32,000 nucleotides of DNA from an uncultured Methanomassiliicoccales archaeon. GTDB lineage: Archaea > Thermoplasmatota > Thermoplasmata > RBG-16-68-12 > CAYFXO01. Shown one piece after another: positions 8,593 to 17,235 of this stretch. Where the stretch lies: NCBI GenBank assembly GCA_964347125.1, contig CAYFXO010000001.1, positions 5,557-37,556 of the forward strand, in the 5' to 3' direction. Every line of letters starts with the position of its first letter. Position 1 is the first letter of the stretch. The position numbers were made by a program, and so were the translations under genes. The notes under the pieces were generated by a model. That model made no database searches, was not told where the DNA came from, and worked only from the letters and a program-made list of their open reading frames with translations.

Positions 8593-9269
8593 TCCACCCG
8601 CGTCCCCACGAAGGGCTGGTCCTCGACGGCGTTCCGGAGGTTCTCCAGGTCCCGCCCGTCCACGACGTAGAGGGGGATGCCCAGGCGGAGCATCACCTTC
8701 GCCCCCTGGGGATCGAAGATCCCCCGCGGGCCCGCCGCCGTGTGCTCGTCGCCCGTGATCTTCAGGAGGCTCTGGAACTTCATCCGGTCGATGCGCCGGG
8801 CGGTGGGCACCTCCCGCGGATCGTCCGTGAAGACCCCCGCGACGTTCGTGGCGTTCACGAGGCGGGAGGCCCCGCACTTCTCCGCCAGGATCGCCGCCAC
8901 GCCGTCCGTGGTGGTCCCGGGGCGCACGCCACCCATGACGACGATGGGGTAGGTCCGGCCGGCCTTCACCGCCTCGTCCTGGTTCCGGGGGACCCGCGGG
9001 TAGGCCCCCTTCCCGAGGGCGGTGAGGAGGAGGCGCGCGTTGAGGCGGGTGAGGACGATGCCGAAGGCGTCCAGGTCCCGCTCCTTCCCCCCAAGGCCCC
9101 GCCCCGTGTCGATGTAGTAGCGGGCGGGCTTCCCGCCCCCCACGACGACGTAGAGGCGGTACTTCTTGGATAGGCCGATGAGCAGGGAGGCCAGGGAGTC
9201 GATGAACCGCACGTCGTCCTCCCCCGGGACGAGGACGGAGCCGCCGATTGAGATGACGACCTTCTCCAC
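8589..9269 (-). CDS. pyrH: archaeal-type uridylate (UMP) kinase
   Basis: (M)EKVVISIGGSVL...YVVVGGG..AR...VMGG..PG.TTD..AA..A is the amino-acid-kinase fold. GTG 9269 is preceded by GGGAGGG. The predicted 226 aa is the usual archaeal PyrH size. The track's upstream extension is Arg/Pro-rich. Confidence 0.85.
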   Translation of the reverse strand: MEKVVISIGGSVLVPGEDDVRFIDSLASLLIGLSKKYRLYVVVGGGKPARYYIDTGRGLGGKERDLDAFGIVLTRLNARLLLTALGKGAYPRVPRNQDEAVKAGRTYPIVVMGGVRPGTTTDGVAAILAEKCGASRLVNATNVAGVFTDDPREVPTARRIDRMKFQSLLKITGDEHTAAGPRGIFDPQGAKVMLRLGIPLYVVDGRDLENLRNAVEDQPFVGTRVE

Positions 9270-9305
9270 GGTGCGCCCTCCCGCCGCGGGCGCATCCCCC
9301 CGCCA

Positions 9306-9315
9306 CCTATAAAGG
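9306..9315 (-). promoter_or_regulatory. candidate TATA box for pyrH-thpR
   Basis: The minus strand reads CCTTTATAGG about 40 nt upstream of GTG 9269, in an otherwise GC-rich spacer. Confidence 0.35.
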
Positions 9316-9412
9316 ATACCGCCTGCGGGCCGTTCTCCTCGGGGGCGCCGCCGTAAGGGAGGGGCGCCCGCCAAAGGTTATTACCCCGCCTCCCGCTATT
9401 GGGGTCCCACCC

Positions 9413-10636
9413 ATGCCCAGGCAATCCGACATGGACCTCTATCACTTCAAGCGGGAGCTGGAGGCGATCCAGAGGATCGAGGGACGCGGCACGGAACTGG
9501 TCAGTCTGTACGTCCCCCCGGGGAAGCAGATCAGCGACGTGGCGAACTACCTCCGGAACGAGCTCTCGGAGTCCTCGAACATCAAGTCCAAGAGCACCCG
9601 GAAGGCGGTCATGGGGGCCATCGAGTCCATCCTGTCCCGCCTGAAGCACTTCCGCCAGCCCCCGGAGAACGGCATGGTCTTCTTCGTGGGCCAGAAGCTC
9701 CTCGGCGGGGACAAGACGGAGCAGGTGGCGTACGTCATCGAGCCCCCCGAGCCCCTGGGCACGGACCTGTACCGGTGCGACTCCCGGTTCTACACGGAGC
9801 CGCTGGAGGAGATGCTGCAGGAGCGGGACCGCTACGGCCTCCTGGTCATGGACCGGGGCGAGGCGACCCTGGGCAGCCTCCGGGGGAAGCGCATCGAGCC
9901 CATCAAGAACATCCAGTCCCTCGTCCCCAGCAAGCACTCCAAAGGGGGGCAGTCCGCCCGACGCTTCGAGCGCCTCATCGAGATCGCCGCCCACGAGTTC
10001 TACAAGAAGGTGGGGGACCTGGCGAACGAGGCCTTCGCGGGGGAGGATCTGAAGGGCTTCCTCATCGGCGGGCCCGGGGCGACGAAGGACGCTTTCCTGA
10101 ACGGGAGCTACCTCCATCACGAGCTGAAGGGCCTGGTCCTGGGGCCGTTCGACACGGGCTACACGGACGAGTACGGGCTGCGGGAGCTCGTGGGGAAGGC
10201 CCAGGACACCCTCTCCGACCTCGCCCTGATGCGGGAGAAGGACCTCGTGCAGAAGCTCTTCGACGAGATCCGGAAGCCCCACGGCGGCCTGGCGGCGTAC
10301 GGGGAGGAGGAGGTGCTGCGGGCCCTCACCTCGGGGGCGGTGGACACCCTTCTCGTGTCGGAGACCCTGCGGAAGGACCGGGTGTCCTTGCGGTGCGCGT
10401 CCTGCGGTCACACGGAGGAGCGGACGGTGGAGGCGGGGAGCGACGCCATCGCGTGCCCCGAGTGCGGCGCGGCGGCGAGCGTCGGGGAGCGGGCGGACTT
10501 CGTCGACCACCTCCAGGGGCTCGCGGAGGCCTCGGGGAGCACCCTGGAGATTGTCTCAGGCGAGTCGGAGGAGGGGCAGCTGCTGATGAAGGCCTTCGGG
10601 GGCCTGGCGGCCCTCCTGCGGTTCCGGGTGAGCTGA
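9413..10636 (+). CDS. prf1: peptide chain release factor aRF1
   Basis: NIKS motif (SSNIKSKSTR) and GGQ motif (HSKGGQSARRFERL), with full-length eRF1/aRF1 architecture. Confidence 0.95.
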   Translation: MPRQSDMDLYHFKRELEAIQRIEGRGTELVSLYVPPGKQISDVANYLRNELSESSNIKSKSTRKAVMGAIESILSRLKHFRQPPENGMVFFVGQKLLGGDKTEQVAYVIEPPEPLGTDLYRCDSRFYTEPLEEMLQERDRYGLLVMDRGEATLGSLRGKRIEPIKNIQSLVPSKHSKGGQSARRFERLIEIAAHEFYKKVGDLANEAFAGEDLKGFLIGGPGATKDAFLNGSYLHHELKGLVLGPFDTGYTDEYGLRELVGKAQDTLSDLALMREKDLVQKLFDEIRKPHGGLAAYGEEEVLRALTSGAVDTLLVSETLRKDRVSLRCASCGHTEERTVEAGSDAIACPECGAAASVGERADFVDHLQGLAEASGSTLEIVSGESEEGQLLMKAFGGLAALLRFRVS

Positions 10637-12360
10637 TGACCCACGACCCCTGGGCGGCCGTCCTGGAGGAGGCGGAGGCGCTCCGGCAAAGCGCAGCGCG
10701 CGCCCTGGAGTACCCCGCCATCGACCTCCCCTTCCAGGAGCCGCCGGAGGGGCTGGGGGACTTGGGGTTCCCCGTGTTCCAGCTGGCGCCCGCCCTGCAG
10801 AGAAGCCCCGCGGAGATCGCGTCGGAGCTGGCGGGTGCCATGGAGGCGGGGGCCCTGCTGACGACCCACGCCGCCGAGGGCGGCTACGTGAACTCCCGCC
10901 TGGACCGGGAGGCCTTCGCCCGTCTCACGCTGACCTCCATCCTGGACCGGGAGGACGCCTACGGCACCCACCCGCCCAACAGCATCCGAGTCCTCGTGGA
11001 GCACACGAGCATCAATCCCACCGGCCCCGTCCACGTGGGGCGGGCGCGGAACGCCATCATCGGCGACACCCTGGCCCGCCTCCTGACGATGGCAGGGTAC
11101 GACGTTACCTCGGAGTACCTGGTGAACGACGCGGGCAAGCAGGCGGCCTCCCTGGCGTGGGGGGTCGCGAACGTCCCCGGGGACGACCTCCCGCCCCCCG
11201 CGCGGGAGAAGGAGGACCACGACCTCGTGCGCTACTACCAGAAGGCCAACGAGCTCATGGAGACGGACCGGAGCGTCTCCCTGGCGGTGGGGGACCTCGT
11301 GGTGGCCTTCGAGGGCGGGGACGAGGCCGTTGCGGCCCAAGTGAAGGACGCCGCGGGCCGGGTGATGGAGGGCATCCTGGAGAGCCTCCGGACCCTGGGC
11401 GTGGAGTACGACCGCCTGTTCTACGAGAGCGACGTCGTCCTGGGCGGACGGGTGGCCCGCGTGCTGGAGGACCTCCGCGAGCTCAAGGCCTACCACACGG
11501 AGGACGGGGCGGGGTTCCTGGACCTGGGGGCCTACGAGCTCCCCACCCGCGAGTCGAAGTATTTCCTCACCCGGGGAGACGGCTCCACCCTCTACACGAC
11601 CCGCGACATCGCCTACCACCTGGACAAGTTCACCCGGAGCGACGAGGCCATCAACGTCCTCGGGGAGGACCACAAGCTGGAGTGGCGGGCCCTCTGCGCG
11701 GCCCTGGACCTCATGGGCTCGACCCGCGCCCCGGAGGGGGTGTTCTACGCCTTCATCTCGCTGGAAGAGGGGAAGATGTCCACCCGGGCGGGGACCGTGG
11801 TGAACCTGGACGACCTGATGGACGAGGCCGTCGCCCGCGCCGCGGGGGAGGTGCGGAAGCGGCGGGAGGAGCTCGACGAGGAGGAGCGGGAGGCCATCGC
11901 CCGCATCGTGGGCCTCGGGGCGCTCCGGTACAACGTCATCCGGGTCCAGCCGGAGAAGCGCATAGTCTTCCGGTGGGAGGAGGCCCTGAACTTCGAGGGG
12001 GACAGCGCGCCTTTCATCCAGTACGCCCACGCGAGGACCTGCGGGATCCTCAGGAAGGCCGGGGAGGCGGGGGCCTGGGACGCCGCCGCGCTGAGCCACG
12101 AGCGGGAGGCGGACCTGGTGAGGGCCCTGGCGAAGCTCCCCCACACGATCCTCGAGGCCGCCCGCGCGCGTACGCCCCACACCCTCGCGACCTTCGCGAA
12201 CGCCGTCGCCGCCCTGTTCAACCAGTTCTACCGGGACTGCCCCGTCCTGCAGGCCCCCGACGACCTGCGGGACTCCCGGCTGGCCCTGGTGCGGGCGACC
12301 CGGGCCGTCCTCGCGAACTCCCTGGAGGGCCTGGGGATCCTGGCGCCCTCGGAGATGTAG
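10636..12360 (+). CDS. argS: arginine--tRNA ligase
   Basis: Start at ATG 10636, overlapping the aRF1 stop (TGATG). The class I HIGH-like motif is NPTGPVHVGRARNAIIGD and the KMSKS-like motif is GKMSTRAG. The C-terminal anticodon-binding DALR-type region ends ...GILAPSEM. The track ORF's N-terminal extension from 9775 is off-frame overlap with prf1. Confidence 0.95.
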   Translation: MTHDPWAAVLEEAEALRQSAARALEYPAIDLPFQEPPEGLGDLGFPVFQLAPALQRSPAEIASELAGAMEAGALLTTHAAEGGYVNSRLDREAFARLTLTSILDREDAYGTHPPNSIRVLVEHTSINPTGPVHVGRARNAIIGDTLARLLTMAGYDVTSEYLVNDAGKQAASLAWGVANVPGDDLPPPAREKEDHDLVRYYQKANELMETDRSVSLAVGDLVVAFEGGDEAVAAQVKDAAGRVMEGILESLRTLGVEYDRLFYESDVVLGGRVARVLEDLRELKAYHTEDGAGFLDLGAYELPTRESKYFLTRGDGSTLYTTRDIAYHLDKFTRSDEAINVLGEDHKLEWRALCAALDLMGSTRAPEGVFYAFISLEEGKMSTRAGTVVNLDDLMDEAVARAAGEVRKRREELDEEEREAIARIVGLGALRYNVIRVQPEKRIVFRWEEALNFEGDSAPFIQYAHARTCGILRKAGEAGAWDAAALSHEREADLVRALAKLPHTILEAARARTPHTLATFANAVAALFNQFYRDCPVLQAPDDLRDSRLALVRATRAVLANSLEGLGILAPSEM

Positions 12361-12402
12361 GGCTCGCGCTGTATCGACGATGTGTCCACGGGGTCGGCGC
12401 CC

Positions 12403-15400
12403 CTACTTCTTCACCTTCGGCTTCGCCCGCTTCTCGGGCTTCTCGCCCTTCTCCCGCCGACGGAAGCGGATCTCGCCGCGCTGGTACTTCTTGCGAAGCC
12501 ACAGGAGCACGGGGACCGCGATGATCAGCAGGATGATGGCCAGATAGATGAGGGGTCGGACGTAGCCGGGCTCGATGACCCGGACCCAGCCGGGGTTCGC
12601 GTCGTTCGTGTTGTCGCCCCACTCGCCGTCCCATTCGCCCTGGACGGAGGCATTGACGTAGATGGTGTAGTTCCCGATGACATCGCGGGAGAAGGTGATC
12701 TTCGCGGTCTTCGTCTCTCCCGCTGCGAGGCTGTTGTTGACCGGGAGGACCCCAGTCGCGTTGAACCACTGGACGTCCGCGGGGGTCTTCAGCGACACGC
12801 GGTTGCCCGTCTGCCCGCCGGAGAGGAACTCGAACTGCAGCTGGACGTTCGAGGCGTTCGCCCGGCCCTCCAGGTTCTCCACCTGGATGCTCAGGGTCGT
12901 CGTCTGTCCTTGCTCGATGGTGCGAGGCTTCGCGTCGAAGGAGGTGGAGAGCACCCGGACGTTCGGGCGGCTCTCGGGGTCGATGAGGACGACGAGGGTC
13001 ACGTTGACGCTCCCCACGTTCCCCGCCTGGTCCGTCACGTTCAGGGTGACGGTGTACCCCTCGAGGTTCACCTCGTCGTAGACGTGGCTCACGTTGATGA
13101 ACTCCCCGGGCTGGCCGGGGCCCATCCCTTCGCCGTCGTCGAAGGTCCAGTTGAAGGTGAGGTTCGTGATGTCGTCGAAGTTGTCCGTGGTGTCGCTGGC
13201 GTTGAAGTAGACCGTCTGGCCCTCGATGATCTGGACGACCTCCGCGAAGGTCTCGTTGAGGACGACGAACTCCGGCTGGGGCTCGGTGACGTCCTTCACC
13301 CGGACGGAGAGCGTGGCGTTCTGGCTCTCGTGGTCCACCACGTCCGTCACCTTGAGGGTCGCGTTGAACTCGCCGGGCTGGCTGTAGATCTGGGTGGCGG
13401 TCTCGCCGAAGCCGTCGACGGTCCCGTCGCCGTCCCAGTCCCACTCCCAGGTCCCGATGAGGCCGGGGACGGTGCCGAACATCGTGTCGGTGGAGTTGGC
13501 CCCGCTGAATTCCACGGAGGCGCCCTCCTCCACGACGAACGTGGTCCCGTCCATCTCGGCGCCCGAGGTGATGTCCGCGGCGGCCACCGGGTCCTCCACG
13601 TCCACGGAGACGGAGATGTCCCGATAGGTGACGTCCCCGCCCGCTTCCGTGACCGTGAGGTTCACGGTGAAGTTCCCGCCGACGGTGTAGTTGTGGGTGG
13701 CCTGGATGCCGTAGCCGATGAGGGAGGGGTTCGTGTTGTTCCGGAACCTCCAGGTGAAGTTCGCGAAGGGGGAGACGAGGCCGTCGGCGCTGTTCGGGTC
13801 CGTGGAGTCCTCGGCGGAGAACGTGATGTTCTCCATGCCCCGGACGATGACGGTGTAGTTCTCGAAGGACTCGTTGAGGGGGTGGAAGGTGCCGTTGACC
13901 ACCTTCGCCCGGGCCGTCCCGTTGGCGCGCCGCTGGATGTCCAGGGTGGCCGTGGGAACGTCGGGGGCGGAGGCGGGCTTCGTCTTCGGGTCCACGGTGA
14001 CCGTGGTGAAGCCCGTGACCGCGACGTTCGTCGGGTTCGTGGTGTTCCCCACGAGCTCGTACTGGGCGGGGAGTTCGAAGACATACTGGTAGTCCTTCGT
14101 GACCGCGCCGGTGCTGTCGTAGGTGCCGTTCACCACGAGGGTGTACTCCTCTAGGTCGAGTTCGGGGTCGGCCACTGCGTTGTAGATGGCCGTCATGTTG
14201 ACCCAGACCCGGCCGCCCGCGTCGATGGCGGAGTCCGCGTAGGGCGCGAAGGTGGCGGCGAAGGTCAGGGCGTCGCTGCGGTAGTACTCGTTGTCGACGG
14301 TGAGGACATCGCGGGTGACGACGAACCGCGGGCCGCGGTCGAAGAACCAGGTGAGGAAGTTGTCAATCTCCGCGGTCGTCAAGGTGCCGTCACCGTCGCC
14401 GAGGGCGGAGTCGATCTGCAGACGCAGGTTGCTGACCCCGGCGTTCTCCAGGCCGGGGACGGCGCTGTCCGCATTGAGGGACCAGGCCCGCTCGAGCTGG
14501 ATGACGTTCCAGTTCTCGGCGACAAAGCTCACGGTGTTCGTGAAGGTCTCCTTCTCCGCGAGGGAGAGGGTAATGTTGCCCAGGTTCACGGTGCTCCCGG
14601 CGACCGTCAGGCCGCTCAGGGTGTAGGCCGCGTATCCATCGGCGTCCACCACGAGGGTGAAGTTGCCGTTGTAGGTCCCGATCTCGAACTTCGGTCCCGC
14701 AGAGACGCGGGAGAGGGTGCGGTTGTTGTCCTCGTCGTAGAGGACGGCCTTGATGGTCTTCGTGATCCCGAGGCCGCTCGCCGCGTCGAAGACGCGGCCC
14801 CAGACGACTGTCTGAAAGAGGGTGACGTTGTATTCCGTGGGCCCGCCGAGGGGCACGGGCTCGTCCGCGACAGCGTACTCCCGGTCATAGTCGGCGGTGA
14901 GGACGTCGCCATTGAACAAGTCGACGAAGACCGTAATCTCACCGGTGACCAGGTCTGCGTTGTACTCCGAAGTGGGTGTTAGGGGAATCCCGTTCCTGTT
15001 TATCACCAGGGGTGGGATGGGTGGATAAGACAGTCGGCTCGTGTTTGTGAGGTACTCGTAGTCAATTTGGGCGGAGTGATTGTAGAAGCCGACGATGTCG
15101 TCGCCCGGGAATAAGGTCCACATCGAGAGGGACACAATCCCTGTGTTGCGATCAATGGTGTAGTTGGGCATGCCCATGCTAGCATTCTCCACGAGGGGGG
15201 TGTACTCGGTTCCATTCCAGTAGACGAGATCCTCGTTGAGGACGTAAGGGGACAGTCCCACCAGGGTCAGGGGGAACGCGGCCTCGCCGCCTATGGCGTC
15301 AAAGATATTCGTCGAGTTGTCCCAGAACACGGTATGGTTGTATGTCGCCGTTAGGTTGTATTGGGGCGGGAGAGGGGTGTTGTAGGTCACGATGCCCGCC

Positions 15401-16359
15401 GCGGCGTTCAGCACGTAGTCCGACCACACGCTCCCGTTGTTCCGGACCGTGATGTTGAGGATGTCCGCCTTGGCCAAGACCGCCTGGGCCTCGCCGCCGA
15501 GAGATTGCAGCACGAGGGTTTCAGAGAACTGCGCGGTGTAGTTGTAGGACGCGGTCACTTCCGCGTCCGGCCCAAGGGCGGGGGTGAAGCTGACCTCTCC
15601 CGTGGGATAATCTATCGTATAGTCCCCGGGAGACGTCAGGGTCACGGCGTCCGCCACGATCGTTTCTGAGCCGAGGACGACGTTTGGGTTCGCCAGGCGC
15701 CCCGTCTTGCCATGGGGCACAATGTCGATGGTCGCGAAGTGCGGCGAGAGGCCGGTGTGGGTGACGTGAATCTGGTAGGTCCCGCTGTAGAAGTCCAGCG
15801 CGTACGTGCCATCGGTCGCCGTGGTCGTGGCGTTGCTGTACCCCATGTCCGGGTCGATGAGCGTCACCGAGGCCCCCGCGAGGACCTTCCCCGCGGAGTC
15901 GCGGACGGTGCCGGACACCGTCGAGTCGATGACGCGCGTCTCGAGGGGGATGTCCCCGAGGGACTGGTTCTGCCCGAAGTCGAGACGAAGGACGCCGGTG
16001 GTGAAGGTGAAGTAGACCTTCCCGTCCTGGAAGGGGTTCGAGTCGGGTTGGATGATGACCTCGTAGTAGCTGGGCGCGGGAGCCTCCACCTGGAAGTAAC
16101 CGCCCTCGATCGAGAGGGTGTTGGCCACATCGGCGACGCCGTTGGAGATGTCGTCGAGGCGGACACGGATCCCGCTGAGGCCTTCCGCCGGGAGGTTGTA
16201 GGTGCCGGATGCGTCAGTGTCTTCGTAGACCCAGCCAAACAAAATGGGCTTGGCCTGGGTCGCGCTCGCATGCCAGCTCGGCAGTGCCGCCAAGGCGCCC
16301 ATCAGGACGAGGAGCGCCAGCAACACCGCTGCTACACCGTTGGCGTTTCCCGGTTTCAT
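12403..16359 (-). CDS. large cell-surface (S-layer/adhesin-like) glycoprotein: signal peptide, CarboxypepD_reg-like domains, repeated modules, 3 PKD domains, CARDB-like domain, C-terminal TM anchor
   Basis: Signal peptide MKPGNANGVAAVLLALLVLMGALAALPSWHASA. VSGTVRDSAGKVLAGASVTLID...TDGTYAL is carboxypeptidase-regulatory-like. It has three PKD-like units. The C-terminus has a TM helix (LIYLAIILLIIAVPVLLWL) followed by a Lys/Arg tail. There are very many N-x-S/T sequons. Confidence 0.9.
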   Translation of the reverse strand: MKPGNANGVAAVLLALLVLMGALAALPSWHASATQAKPILFGWVYEDTDASGTYNLPAEGLSGIRVRLDDISNGVADVANTLSIEGGYFQVEAPAPSYYEVIIQPDSNPFQDGKVYFTFTTGVLRLDFGQNQSLGDIPLETRVIDSTVSGTVRDSAGKVLAGASVTLIDPDMGYSNATTTATDGTYALDFYSGTYQIHVTHTGLSPHFATIDIVPHGKTGRLANPNVVLGSETIVADAVTLTSPGDYTIDYPTGEVSFTPALGPDAEVTASYNYTAQFSETLVLQSLGGEAQAVLAKADILNITVRNNGSVWSDYVLNAAAGIVTYNTPLPPQYNLTATYNHTVFWDNSTNIFDAIGGEAAFPLTLVGLSPYVLNEDLVYWNGTEYTPLVENASMGMPNYTIDRNTGIVSLSMWTLFPGDDIVGFYNHSAQIDYEYLTNTSRLSYPPIPPLVINRNGIPLTPTSEYNADLVTGEITVFVDLFNGDVLTADYDREYAVADEPVPLGGPTEYNVTLFQTVVWGRVFDAASGLGITKTIKAVLYDEDNNRTLSRVSAGPKFEIGTYNGNFTLVVDADGYAAYTLSGLTVAGSTVNLGNITLSLAEKETFTNTVSFVAENWNVIQLERAWSLNADSAVPGLENAGVSNLRLQIDSALGDGDGTLTTAEIDNFLTWFFDRGPRFVVTRDVLTVDNEYYRSDALTFAATFAPYADSAIDAGGRVWVNMTAIYNAVADPELDLEEYTLVVNGTYDSTGAVTKDYQYVFELPAQYELVGNTTNPTNVAVTGFTTVTVDPKTKPASAPDVPTATLDIQRRANGTARAKVVNGTFHPLNESFENYTVIVRGMENITFSAEDSTDPNSADGLVSPFANFTWRFRNNTNPSLIGYGIQATHNYTVGGNFTVNLTVTEAGGDVTYRDISVSVDVEDPVAAADITSGAEMDGTTFVVEEGASVEFSGANSTDTMFGTVPGLIGTWEWDWDGDGTVDGFGETATQIYSQPGEFNATLKVTDVVDHESQNATLSVRVKDVTEPQPEFVVLNETFAEVVQIIEGQTVYFNASDTTDNFDDITNLTFNWTFDDGEGMGPGQPGEFINVSHVYDEVNLEGYTVTLNVTDQAGNVGSVNVTLVVLIDPESRPNVRVLSTSFDAKPRTIEQGQTTTLSIQVENLEGRANASNVQLQFEFLSGGQTGNRVSLKTPADVQWFNATGVLPVNNSLAAGETKTAKITFSRDVIGNYTIYVNASVQGEWDGEWGDNTNDANPGWVRVIEPGYVRPLIYLAIILLIIAVPVLLWLRKKYQRGEIRFRRREKGEKPEKRAKPKVKK
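12988..13827 (-). repeat. three tandem PKD-like domains within the surface protein
   Basis: FSAEDSTDPN...FTWRF...HNYTVGGNFTVNLTVTEAGG; FSGANSTD...WEWDWDGDG...YSQPGEFNATLKVTD; FNASDTTD...FNWTFDDG...HVYDEVNLEGYTVTLNVTDQAGN. Confidence 0.8.
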
Positions 16360-16437
16360 CTCTGTGCCTCCAGCTCAATACTGGATTACCCCCTGTTGGG
16401 GGGCCCAAGGCCAAAGCGAAGGCCGCAGAAGAGATGG

Positions 16438-16452
16438 GGTTATTTAAGCTTT
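16438..16452 (-). promoter_or_regulatory. BRE/TATA-like promoter of the surface-protein gene (long leader)
   Basis: The minus strand reads CAAAGCTTAAATAACC about 85 nt upstream of ATG 16359. The leader contains a CCCCC-tgtt-GGGGG hairpin and GGAGG 8 nt before the ATG. Confidence 0.4.
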
Positions 16453-16540
16453 GAGCAGAGGCACACGGGAGCCCACAACACGACATGGCGTGGCCAAGCC
16501 GCGCAGAAGCGCGCCGAGACGGCACGTGGTCGTGGTGCCT

Positions 16541-16897
16541 TCAGCCCAGCTGCTCGGCCCGCCCCCAGACCTCCTCGGGGAGGCTGTCGTATGCGAACCC
16601 CTCGTCGGGACGGTCCTGCGGGGACTCCGCCTCGGACTCGTCGGGCAGCTCCCAGTAGAAGATCCGCCAGGACTTCCCGGAAGGCAGTAGCACGGTCTCC
16701 CAGGTGCTCCGCAGGAGCCCCAAGTCCTGCAGCCGGTAGAACAGCTTCCGGTCCTCACTGTCGATGGCGTTGTCGATGATTACGGTGCCGTAGCCGAAGT
16801 AGGAGAGGACCGTCTCCGCCATGCCCAAGGCTTCCGCTGACCCGATGCCCGCCTGCCTCTCGATGAGGCTGCCGAGGGTTTCCGGGGTCAGCACCAT
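16541..16897 (-). CDS. hypothetical protein (118 aa) with an acidic C-terminus
   Basis: High GC3, GAGGAGGAGG immediately upstream of ATG 16897, and a TATA-like element at 16934-16945. I recognise no family. Confidence 0.6.
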   Translation of the reverse strand: MVLTPETLGSLIERQAGIGSAEALGMAETVLSYFGYGTVIIDNAIDSEDRKLFYRLQDLGLLRSTWETVLLPSGKSWRIFYWELPDESEAESPQDRPDEGFAYDSLPEEVWGRAEQLG

Positions 16898-16933
16898 GGC
16901 CGCTCCTCCTCCTCACTTCTATTGTGTTTGTCC

Positions 16934-16945
16934 TTCTATATATGT
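16934..16945 (-). promoter_or_regulatory. candidate TATA box for the 16541..16897 gene
   Basis: The minus strand reads CATATATAGAA about 40 nt upstream of ATG 16897, within the most AT-rich spacer of the window. Confidence 0.4.
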
Positions 16946-17058
16946 CTTCCGTGGAACCTATCGGGCCTGGTCGCTCCACCTTATCAGAATTGATAGCAGG
17001 GTGAGGCCCTTCAAATAGCGTCGCCTCCGATGAGAACCCGAGCTCAGGCGGGAACCCC

Positions 17059-17235
17059 ATGAAGCGTCGGAGTCGGAAGAGCATGGTGGACATCCGCCGC
17101 GGGGTCACCGTGGTCCACCTGAACGTGGGCTCGGGCTACCTGACTTACCTGGCGACCCCCGGCGACGGGGTGCCGCGCCTCAAGACCATCCTTTTAAGGC
17201 GAAAGAAGCCTGAGGCATACGGCCAGGTTCCATGA
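17059..17235 (+). CDS. small basic hypothetical protein (58 aa)
   Basis: Absent from the track (<60 aa). MKRRSRKSMVDIRRGVTVVHLNVGSGYLTYLATPGDGVPRLKTILLRRKKPEAYGQVP. GC3 is high over most of its length. The stop overlaps the next ATG (ATGA at 17232-17235). Confidence 0.4.
   Translation: MKRRSRKSMVDIRRGVTVVHLNVGSGYLTYLATPGDGVPRLKTILLRRKKPEAYGQVP

Noticed and set aside
8593-9306. N-terminal extension of the thpR ORF, and the 9270..9374 extension of pyrH
   Set aside because: The thpR extension is an alternative frame of pyrH. The pyrH extension is Arg/Pro/Gly-rich and would swallow its own TATA box and SD. Conserved N-termini begin at GTG 8592 and GTG 9269.
9775-10635. N-terminal 287-codon extension of the argS ORF (track 9775..12360)
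   Set aside because: It overlaps prf1 out of frame and is Gly/Arg/Pro-rich. The ArgRS homology starts at ATG 10636, which overlaps the prf1 stop.
8966-12180. 514-aa (8966..10510) and 590-aa (10408..12180) minus-strand ORFs opposite prf1 and argS
   Set aside because: They are antisense to two unmistakable housekeeping genes (NIKS/GGQ; HIGH/KMSK-like), and their translations are low-complexity.
12382-14154. 590-aa plus-strand ORF antisense to the surface-protein gene
   Set aside because: It has a G/R/V/D/E-rich composition typical of the antisense of a high-GC3 gene. The opposite strand has PKD/CARDB motifs and a proper signal peptide and anchor.
16755-17108. 117-aa minus-strand ORF spanning the AT-rich spacer
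   Set aside because: It overlaps the 5' end of the 16541..16897 gene in another frame and crosses the divergent promoter region. Its composition is Arg-rich. The plus-strand 58-aa ORF has the better GC3 pattern.
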